A DNA stretch of 64,000 nt. Source: Balanoglossus misakiensis. Its lineage: Eukaryota; Animalia; Hemichordata. A program made the translations under genes and the position numbers. Below are positions 53,559-64,000 of the stretch, one piece after another (position 1 is the stretch's first letter; each line of letters begins with the position of its first letter). The DNA lies in the NCBI GenBank assembly GCA_040954595.2, contig CM082584.2, forward strand, positions 8,819,146 to 8,883,145. The letters are read 5' to 3'. The notes beneath the pieces were generated by a model, which was given only the letters and a program-made list of their open reading frames with translations, did not search any database and had not been told where the DNA came from.

Positions 53559-56500
53559 TACACACTCCCTGACGTTTCGGCCCTCTGACACATCTGCTAT
53601 GAGGTCCAGATGATAGTCTGTTGCCAAGGTGACACTTTGTAGGCATCCCACAAATCCAGAGACATATCGCCGTAGAGACAGCTCAACAATGTCGTTCATG
53701 CCACCTGAGTGAATCGAGAACAGGGAGAACTTGGATGAATATTTTTAATCATGCACAGTCTCATGATCGTGGAAATCAAACCAACTATAAAACTCTGCCA
53801 TTTGTGTTTCTTTTCTGGAAGTTCATAATTCTGAATTATCATGTATGGTAGAAACTGCAAAACACAACCTGTGGTAGTCTTTAAATATAGTGTGAAAATA
53901 AAACAAAGATATGCACGCACCCAGATAGAGTCCATTGTTTGTATTGAGCTGTTTGAGTTTGCCTGGAGATGTGCCTGTCACTGTGTCATCATTATCCACA
54001 GTCATTGTACCATCTACTCCTTCTCTGCGGATATGAATCCTGTGCCATTCACCGTTGTTGATTGTCTCATTACTGATGATAACCGCCTCCCCACTACCAA
54101 GATTATAACTATCAATGATAAAAGGATGAGATAACCAAATCAGTAAGTGATCTTGTGCTTTGCCAATGATAACAGCTTCTCTACTATCCATACGATAAAG
54201 CCAACATTAGTATACACTAATAGTTAACACAGATTCCATGCTTGTACGAACCAATGTATGATGTCAATGTCAAAGTTTTCACATGCACAAAAGTCCTGCA
54301 TGTTTTGAGACTAAATTTCCATGACATCTGAAGCAGGTTTAAAGCACTCAACATGAAACAATTCCAGACTGATCAATTTTAGCATAAACATGTCTGATCT
54401 CACCTCCATTTGAGGTATCCTTGTTCCAGTCCAAGAGCGAGGTAATCACTGGACGACGTCATGACACTCTGACCTGTCCACAAAATCAAGCCATCACTCT
54501 CTGTTGTTCTCACGGTCAATTTGACGTCAATTTTCGAACCAGTCACTCTTAAAGAAGAGAGAACAGAAAGAATACAGGCACATTAGTGGTTTGTTCGCTT
54601 TACTGAACGCGACAAAGTGAAACAATTTCTGGTCTCTACCAGTTATTCACTGTTGAGTCAATTTCTTTTCCAAGTACTTGTGTTACTGATACTGCATAAC
54701 AGTTGACAATTCTGCATTTCAGAATGTGTTTACCTTTTGAGTATGTCTGGATGTGTCAGATGCATGTAACTTCTGCCTTGAAATTCAAACTCACTGGCAT
54801 CATCAGAGAATGATAATTCTATTGGTAGAGTACAAAGCATAGTATAATACAATTAAAGAAAGAGGGAAAGAATATTGAAAACGTTCAACACACAGCTGGC
54901 CTTGAGCTCACAGACACACATAGGAAGGCATAGCCCATATTCTCTCTTGATAAAGAACAGAGAAGTTTTTCCCTACAGAGTAAACATGATCTGTCTTACG
55001 TATTTCACAGTTGTCTCCGCTGTAGCCAAGGTAACAGTCACACGTGTAGACATCGTGGTCTGGTACGCAGTCACCATGGAGACAAGGGGAGCCAATGCAA
55101 GGATGGTCTGCGTTGTTGATGTTGATGGCAACCAAAGCATCCTCCACCAGGTCGATGGGTTTGTCGTTTACAACAACCTGCATCAATGAACAGCAAAGGC
55201 TGAGAGTGAGCATGTATCTGTCAGCTGTGTGGTGTGTTAGTGACCACCTCTACCAGTATATAGTGGCCACGTCTATATAGTGGCCACTTTGCTACAGTCC
55301 CTGTGCAATTTACATGAGCAAATTGACCTGTCTATAAAGTCCACCTGTACTGGTATATAAAGGCCTTACTTTTTGAATATCACCGACGAAGGAAGAGTTG
55401 ACAGCTGCAGCCTTGGCCATTTCATCCCAGTTGTTGTGTCCACCAAGGTAAAGGTCAGTCTTGAAAGACGTCTGTGTAAATGCGCCCTCTGCCTTGGCCA
55501 CCACTGCCAGCTGGCCGTCAACCTCCAGGATTCCTTCCAAACCAGTTCTGGAAAACACGGCTGTGTGCCACTCATCCAAGCTGAGCATGTTTTGAGATCT
55601 GAGGAAAATGAAACACCATTGGTTGGTTATGGAGGGCTTAGTTTTTAATCGTACAGTGAAAATTATCAATCAGAACTGTGTGTGGTTAGGGTTTTTATGT
55701 TTTGGATGACGACTTTTCAAAACAATTATTTTCAGGTTATCTTTTAGGGAAGACAAGGAAAACTGCAGTAACTTTTACTTCAGTTTTATTATCCATAGAC
55801 TTTTATTTTCGTTTGATGTGAAGTTACTTTAAGATAAGGTTTGTACTTCATGCTTCATACTTTTTCTTTTCTTTTTTTATAAAACATTTGTCTATTTGCT
55901 GTTTCCAACTCACCTCACGATGGCTGGTCCTGTACCACAATCAAATCTAAACTCCAGATGGCCGTCCGACATGGCAAGGGAGATGAAATCTCCAGTGGTA
56001 TCCGTTCGTAGAGCATCATAAAGAATCAGACCACTTGCAACTCTCGGTCGGAAAACAACTTCAATTTCCACATAGGAGAGTTTGGTGTTGGTCAGACCTT
56101 GGTAGGTCATGTATGAGGTGCCATTGAACGATGGAATGTGAATTGTGATTTCTGTTGAGGAAAAAAATGACTTTCATAAAATAATGATACATGTATCATT
56201 GTAAGTACATCCCTTGATTTACAGGCAATAATGTTTGCAGTTATGTTACACGTGGGCACGTCACTACACTAAACTACGCTGGTGCACAGTTATTCGGGCA
56301 CGAGATCACGCATGCTGCTTCCCTCTACAAACTCAAAGTGTGATACTTTTGTTTTTATCGCAACACTCCCGTACTCACCCTGTTCGCAGTGAGTTCCTGC
56401 TCTGCCAAGCGGACAAAGACAGATATAGGTATCCACTGTATCAGCAACACAAGTTCCACCACCTTGACAAGTGACATCTTTACAGACACTACTGCTACCT

Positions 56501-59500
56501 TCACCTGTGAATGGATTTATAAAAATAAAAATAAAATCAGAGGGTCAAAGGTGAAAACACCTCCACAAATGTGGTTGCTATGGACACACAAAAATCATGG
56601 CTACTATTAAAGGTACCGGTACAAGAGCTCTGAAATTATGCCAGAGTTCACCGGGATTTCAGAAGACAATACAAACAGCAGCATTGTGATAAAACTGTTT
56701 GCCAGATAGGCAACAGATGTCCTATGTTTATTCTCGACTGATGATTTCTTCTAAAGTTATGTCAACCATTTGATAAAGAGTGATTCCAGTACAAACATCA
56801 CCACAGCAGATTGAATTTCACACGGAAACTACACAGACAGCCTAACCATTTCTGACCCGAGATTTGTAAATAAGGTTTTCAGTTTAATGCTCCCATTGTT
56901 AGTGGCCTCCTTGTCAATTTTTTTTAATTTCATGAAGTCCTGATAGAGAGCAGAATAAATCCACTATCTGGTACTAAAGTATATAGTCATGTCCACACGA
57001 GATAAAAGAATTCGAATGAAACCCAGAGTTTGAAATTTGAAACGTTTGTGCATAACAACCCTACGTTTAAATGGAACAGTCAGGTCATTTGACACAATGA
57101 ATATCCCAAATGAGCTGTGAAATATTTGAAGCAGTTATGTGCATTCCTTGGTCTGCTTGCTTTGGCACTGTCGTAATGCAAAATGCCAAGCTTATGTATG
57201 ACAGAGCCCTCTATAGTTCAAGAAAACAAGTACTTTGAAATCTGTAATATCCAGATATTTCCAATATGTTCAGGTTTAATATTAATGTTTTCTCTAATAA
57301 TTAACTACGTAGCCCAGTATTTAGCTTGTTAACATGGCACGTTCAGTGTGCAAAAGGCATAATTTTTGTTGACGACTGAATCGAGCACAGACTATATTCT
57401 GCATGGTCAGATTGTCATGTGAGCTGTTTCAACATACCATAGTTCTGAACCATGGCTTTTCTGAGACCCTTGACAAACAGGGAGCAGAACAAAAACACTG
57501 CTGGTGGTGCATAAAATACTCAGTGAAAATAATATCATGGAGCCATATCATCCCTTGAAGTGTGTATTTTATACGTTGCCAGGTGATGGGATGAGATGAC
57601 CTGAATATCATGTGAACAGTTTGTACAACAAGACAATAAACTCTGAAGAATTTTTAAGATATCTCCTACACAATGCAGACATCCCAGCTGAAATTACAGT
57701 GTAAAAATATATGGCCATAATCTGAAGGAAGTCTTAGCACTGTACATCTGGTTAATGGCCGCACTGATTCATTTGAGTGGCAGAAGGAGAATTTTTGATA
57801 TTATGGGAAGTATGTTTAGGGGTTGGACCATTTGATATTGCATGGAGGGGGGGGGGGGGGGGTCCTGGAAGATCATCTTCTACTAGGCTACTGTGTGATG
57901 CAATATGTAGTTCATGATCTAGTATGTACTACAACTGGAATTTCACATGCATAGCTGAAATACAGCAATTTCTCTGTTGGCCTCTACTGTACAAGTTGTC
58001 TGACTGCGGGATTGCTATATTAATCAATGTGGCTGCACATTTCAAAACTGAAATTTGGATATGTATATAAAGGCAATATTTTAGCTCCATTGCTGTATCT
58101 ATTCAAGTGACATATATGTGATACGATATCACTATCTTTTATACACTGTAGTAGCTAAATATCTCCTCTCCAAGATGTGCTGTAAACAGCTGCCAATGGC
58201 TGTCACTCACTCCCCCTGCCACTAGAACTTGATACACTTGCTGTATCTGATCTATAACTCATCGACAGCATGGCCTAGGAATGCATTTACCAGAGGCCCA
58301 ACACCAACTGAGAAAACACAGCGCGCTATCAATGCACTGCGGGATAAATCAATAAACTGGCCGATTCTCACTTTCCATTTGCTGCTTCTTTCTCTCACTC
58401 TTTGCCAAGTTTTCACTCTGTCTTTTACCGTCGCAAAAAAATGTCAGAGTTATCTCACTTTATATTGATCGGGTGGTTGCTCTATTTCTCCCCAGAAAAG
58501 CATTCTACTAGGAACTTGATATCAGGAAATTTACACAATACAACGAGGATGCATTTCTATATGGATCACATGGGTTATCTCATTTGTGTCAGAGGTTAAA
58601 CTGCACATCTCCGTAATTTAAACATCGCTCTAGTACAAAACCACATTGTTCATCAAAATGGAATGTCAACACACAGGGGCTTATAAACATAATGCAGCTG
58701 GAGGCTCCCAGAATATCATTATCATAAAAGTAAATGTTGAATTGAACTGTTCTAAACGGAGCACATAATGTAAAGAGTAACATAATATAAAGCAAACATT
58801 TTCATGTAATGTTATAACTTTACTTGAAGCAGTTGATTTTATTTGTATCTCAAGGCTATTGGATTTTGTTAAATTGTCACTGTACTTGTTTAAAGACCCT
58901 TCTTAAACATGTCTCCCTCAAAACTATCATTCACAACACAGCAGCTGATATTTTTTCAGTGACTGGAAGTGTATGCTGTAGTCTAGAATCCAGACTAGAG
59001 TGTTTTCGCTATGCCCACCCACACTCGAGTATGGATTCTAGACTAAGAGAGCTCTGTATAATGGCTTATTAACTTACCCACATTCACACCCTCTATGATA
59101 TCCCCAATCTGTGAAACGACCTGTCCTCGTTTATTGGTCTTCTCGATGCGTTTTCTCATATCGTACTGATGCTCGTTGACTGTCAGTGATTTGACACATC
59201 CAGCAAACCCTCTGTCTATCCCCGTGTACTTGGAGATGGCTGTGAGGTTCTTGTACCCACCCAGGTAGAACATCTCTCTCAGCGTTATTCTGTTGTATAA
59301 ACCCTACAAAAGAGAATTAACACAGAAATGTAAGAAACGGGAAAGAAAAGAACTTCTGAAAATCATTTTCTTCTTGTCAAAAGTGGACGTTAATGTTTTA
59401 TACCTCAATGAGATGATAAAAGTTGAATCTACAATATACCGTAGGTGCATGCCATTGCTTAATATTTAATATCCTTCTGGGAGAGATTACTGTGGGGCTT

Positions 59501-60969
59501 TTATAAACACTTTCCAATTTTGCTCGCAGCAGAGATTAAAGTGAACCCTGAAATATCACCTCTGACGCATCCAATTAATGTTAGATATCAGTCTGATGGA
59601 TATACGTTCAGTATCTTCTTCGGTCTTACTTTTAATACAAAGTAGAATGCAATTTACTAAATGCCATCTGAAATTTATTGGTCTTGCGGACTGAGAAAAT
59701 TAGCAAGTCCCTGCCCTGCCTGTTACAATGCTGAAGTCAGATTAATACTAGTATATGGTACAATAAGATAGCAATTTTCATGTACGAAATCTCTGCATTT
59801 CACATTCCCCTAAAAGTAGGACGACGCAGGATCCCCCCCCCCCCCCCCAAGGTTCCACATTAGACAGGGTTTGATTTAGACAGGTTTGACTGTATATTTT
59901 TTTTACAAACTTTGATTTTCAGGTACAATGATTACTGCACTGCTTTGACCCTTCTCTCCCTTTTCCTGCTCTGATGAAAAGACGACAGGAGAGATCAACT
60001 TACAGGGGAAGTTCCTGCCACAGGCTCTTCATCATTAACCTTTATCCATCCATTGAAGCGTGATCTGTACACTGTTAATTCGTGCCACTCATCCGGAGTC
60101 ACTGTGTAATTACTTCTGATTATTGCCGCACCTGTGCCACAGTTGAATCTGAGACAAACAGAAAGTAATTAATAAACAATTAGCACTTTGCGTTAATGAA
60201 ACTCGGGAGTTTCCTCTCTAAAAGATGAACCTGTCAGTTATAATTAGCGTGCAGGAATTGGAATATTTGTTTTCAAACAATCATAGGGTGATTGAGATTT
60301 CGCTAATGAGAGAGTTCGTGTGGATCGAGTCCAAGTTTAAAGACTGACACAATCACATTATTCTGAGTCCCTCAGGAATAATTGTAACCTTCACACTTTT
60401 CCAGTTTCTTGCAGAGTCAACTTATGAGATACACAACGTCCAGCATGAAGATATCTATCGAACATATACAGGAGACCTTTCGCAAAAAATATTTTGGCAA
60501 ATGTCACATACACAGAATTTTATTTCATTATTTTTATTCATATATTGTCTTGCTCGAGGACACAATACGTTGGAAATGCCAGGGATTGAACCCACAATCC
60601 TTTGATCATGAAGCAGAGTCGCTCTCTCCACTGCAGGGCCACGGAATAGTAATCAATATTTTTATGATATATAATCCTGGCATGGATAATGGATTATAGC
60701 TCAACTTAGCAGACTTTTAGAGGATTGGTACAAAGGTAATATTTCTAAAATCCTAACTACCCACCTGAATTCTGCACGTCCATCAATCAAAGCAACGGAG
60801 AAGAAATCGCCCCTGGCTGTCGGTCGCTCGCTGCTGAAAAGCAGCAATCCATTCAATTTAGTCGGTCGGAATTCGACGCTGATCTTGAAGGTCTTGTAAG
60901 CTGTCAACAGTTTGGGAAACGCGACGTATCCAGCCCCCCATAATTGAGGGTACTTGACTTTGATGGAAT
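53556..60969 (-). CDS. EGFLAM: Pikachurin (EGF-like, fibronectin type III and laminin G domains), 3' part: LG1-EGF-LG2-EGF-LG3; 5' exons not found in the window
   Basis: Exons 60969-60765, 60148-60004, 59303-59078, 56504-56379 (EGF), 56151-55914, 55598-55370, 55177-55000 (EGF), 54818-54734, 54547-54404, 54108-53921, 53704-53556. The C-terminus FVGCLQSVTLATDYHLDLIADVSEGRNVRECV* and RFxCGTG motifs match pikachurin better than agrin or perlecan (from memory). Confidence 0.88.
55240..55366. mobile_element. MITE-like remnant with internal repeats
   Basis: TATATAGTGGCCAC occurs twice, with related GACCACCT / CCACCTGT / ACCTGTCTATA units and an inverted TACCAGTA..TACTGGTA. It lies in an EGFLAM intron. 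Confidence 0.4.
60548..60642 (-). mobile_element. Degenerate tRNA-derived SINE head
   Basis: The minus strand reads GTGGCCCTGCAGTGG (A-box-like)...GGGTTCAATCCCTGGC (B-box), then TTGTGTCCTCGAGCAAGAC, resembling the post-tRNA segment of many metazoan SINEs. There is no complete cloverleaf. Confidence 0.55.
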
Positions 60970-62681
60970 CTGGGGAGAGAGAAAAAAAAGGGGGGGGGGG
61001 ATGTAGAAATGATTGTATATCTGATATATGGCTGGATATTAAACATCACAAATGGCATCTGGTCTGCTTGAATAAATGCAACTGATATTGCAAACGAGAA
61101 ACTGATACGAGACAAAGGAATTATTATCTAAAAAGTAATTGATATTCCGACATTTTTTATCAGATGTGAAAGATTCATAAATCCCAGCAGTTTTCAGCTG
61201 CGGAGAAATAATTAATTCACAAAGTATGGAAGAGTAATTGGGATGTCTCAAGTTTGTGTTCTGTCTATCAATCACAATCACTGCAGAAGACTTGGTCGTG
61301 TTGCATATTCATCACGACCATCAAATATACTATAAAACGGGAATTTTTCGATATATAAAGAGGCAACTGTTACGCTATGATCAAATCTCACGATTGATTC
61401 ATCTGCTTATGATGACAATGAATTAATTCATACAATACAAGGTAAATTTGAAATAACTGGCACAATTAACAGCAGCTTGTACAATCTTTCACCAACCTCT
61501 AAGGAAATCAAACTTTCTAACACACGTTCATTATTATTAACCCATGCGTTCTGTACTAGGCCTTCAGCTAATGGCCAACATTGCCTTTGGCAGAGTCATT
61601 GGTGTACAACATTTTTTCCAATTAAATTTGTGGAACATTAACTTCGCTCAGGTTTGCGTACCAGTATATCTACATCAAAACCCAAATCCCAAAATAGAAC
61701 TTGCCTTTAAATCGGTAAACAACCCTTTACATTTACAACCGTGTACGCACTATGTAGATTTCACAAATGAAATTTAAGTCCATCGGTCAATTTGTTCTTT
61801 CATAGACTGAAATAACCATAAATACAATCTTCCTATAAAAATATTTCCTTGAAAAACACAGAAATTCATGCAGTTCCATCATGCTATTCTTCAGTGATTA
61901 CATTATTCAATTACATCATGGATCAATAAACTGTTTCTGGCTTCACATCCTGCGTTATCCAGCAACAAAATAGATGACGGGACACGCTTGTTTCATTATT
62001 TCAATTTTCCTTGGTGTACTTACTCGCATAATGGACATTAACCGTTTAAATCAATATTTGGTGCAAAGTGTTTCGTAGTCAGCTATGATTAGAAGTAATT
62101 TTTTTTATAATGGACTCCTAATGCATGTCAACGTCCAAATCGGGAGTCCGCACAGAATACATACATACGAACATTTAATAAAGAAAATAAATTGACCAAC
62201 ACATCATTATTACAAAGTTTCTGGGAGCATCTACCGTACATCTTTCTGGTAGCAGACCTGTGTGGTAGTAATGTTTTATGTACAAGAGGAAAACATGATA
62301 AAAATGACTAATCTGAGAAGGAATCTGTGATTGATTATAATCATCATCCTGTCAATGTGATGTGTAGTCAAGAATGTTTCAGGTATAATTCAACTGACAG
62401 TTTCATCGCAAATACTTCCATGTAATTAAGACACACAGCCAGAGAAAACCGCAGGGTTCAGGCCCTCGGTGTTCTGTTTCAGCCATTTTTTTATGAGTCT
62501 TGGGAGATAGCAATTTGTGGCGCTGTTTTAATGGCTCCATAAATTGGTTTCCATGATTAGGGAATGATTGAATTTCAATTTGGAGGATATACATAGATTT
62601 GGAGATCTCAACCGCACTAAGGGATCATCTCAAATGTACAGTTATGGTCATAATTGCCTCAATTCAAAATTGGTTCTATTA

Positions 62682-62728
62682 GAATGAATGAATGAATGAA
62701 TGAATGAATGAATGAATGAATGAATGAA
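62682..62728. repeat. (GAAT)n tetranucleotide microsatellite
   Basis: About 11-12 perfect GAAT units. Confidence 0.95.
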
Positions 62729-64000
62729 TTTTGATGTAGAACACATACAGTCACGCATTTCAAACAAGACTTGATCAGTTGAGCCATATCAATTAATCAA
62801 CAGGAAATAAAGTTCTTAGTAGCACTGCAGTGAACAGACAGGATCGGAAAGCTAACACGCTTTTTGCTTTAGCCTAGATTACTTGCTATCATTATAACGA
62901 CCATGGCAACAAGAACAAGAAGATGCTTTCACTTCTCCTCAGCCATGAACATGCACATCTTCATCACTCATACATTAAAGTTTCCCCCCGTAAACCGAGG
63001 AAAGCTAGTCAACATCTAATGCTTTTGATGTATCATGCATGTATTGATATTACAGACTTCTGAACATATAAAATATTAATTTCATTGTTCGCTGAATGTA
63101 AGAGGTTGATTAGGTTTTTGCTAAATGGAAAAACAGCCGAAGAAAAATCAGATCCTGAAGTAAAAACTCAATAACGTATCATGGGGAAAAAGTGATTACT
63201 TCGAACATATGCATCACAGTATGAAAGAAATGCATTTATGTGAGATTGGTTAATAAATTTACCCACGGCACTAAGAGCTTGCTATAGAGTACATGATTAG
63301 CTTCGAGGCTTTGTGGGGATTTGTACTAGTGATGCAATTTGCTTTGAGATAATTCATTTTTGTGATTGTTAACGTGTTTCTAGATTCAGTTACTAGATTA
63401 AGTACATGCACGGCGCTGCGACGATCTGAGTACTATCCTGAAGGTACGACGTTCGACCTCACACTTTCTGCTGACAAGATTTTGCAGAGTTCAGGAGCTC
63501 AAAGTCACTCAAAATTCCAGAACTTTCCATGAGAATTTTCTCAGTGATTATGAAACTGCAGCATGCTGTCACTAAACGCAAACACGACAACGTCATGAAG
63601 ACTTTTTGGAATTCGTCTCCCATGTTGGATCTCCTGGTTGCCACGACGCCCGCTTGCACTGACTTCACGCAGGCAGTGATACACAGCTGAGAGGTATCAT
63701 TGCTGATTGCCACGAGTATATGTTACAGCACTGAGGGTAATTTCGTCATGGTGATGATCGGATCGAGCTCTGCGAAACCCATCACCAAAACACCGGTATA
63801 GTCAGGAAACACCTTCATCGTCATTCACCACTCATCTCTCCCGTGAATACATAAAAGCTCCACTTTTCCTATAAACTTGGGGCATCATGGATCACAACAC
63901 GCGTTCCCTGGAGGCAGTGATCGACCTAACTCCCCATGAGCCGGGCGAGCTCAGTCAATTTACGACTGATTCAAACCATGGGGTTTTGGGGTTGCTACGC

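Noticed and set aside
60548-60642. tRNA gene
   Set aside because: A/B boxes are present but the cloverleaf is broken and SINE-like sequence follows; called a SINE remnant instead.
63459-63713. Possible upstream EGFLAM exon
   Set aside because: No EGF/FN3 similarity, and the available donors give phase 0 or 2, whereas the exon starting at 60969 needs phase 1.
1-64000. Prokaryotic systems (CRISPR, operons, phage, retrons) or intact autonomous transposons
   Set aside because: All coding sequence is spliceosomal-intron-containing metazoan genes; there is no regularly spaced repeat array and no long RT or transposase ORF.

Overview
This is AT-rich (~38-40% GC by eye), intron-rich animal genomic DNA. 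It is most likely an invertebrate deuterostome (hemichordate, echinoderm or cephalochordate-like), but the species cannot be fixed from the sequence. I assembled six spliced protein-coding genes by hand from splice sites and reading phase. (1) The 5' half of a KDM4 JmjN/JmjC histone demethylase (-), followed by a >11.6 kb intron running off the left edge. (2) A secreted fibrinogen-related lectin (+). (3) A TMEM8/PGAP6-family CREST protein (-) with two intact, paralogous alternative last exons. (4) A strongly divergent CDC20/Fizzy-family APC/C co-activator (+), head-to-head with TMEM8. It keeps the C-box and IR tail but has lost the KEN-box and D-box receptor residues. (5) An 18-exon GABA-B-like class C GPCR (-), preceded by a duplicated promoter/first-exon module. 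(6) The 3' part of pikachurin/EGFLAM (-). The window also has SINE/MITE remnants, microsatellites and candidate CTCF/RFX/CHR sites. There are no prokaryotic features (CRISPR, operons, rRNA). All comparisons to human proteins are from memory, not from a database search.
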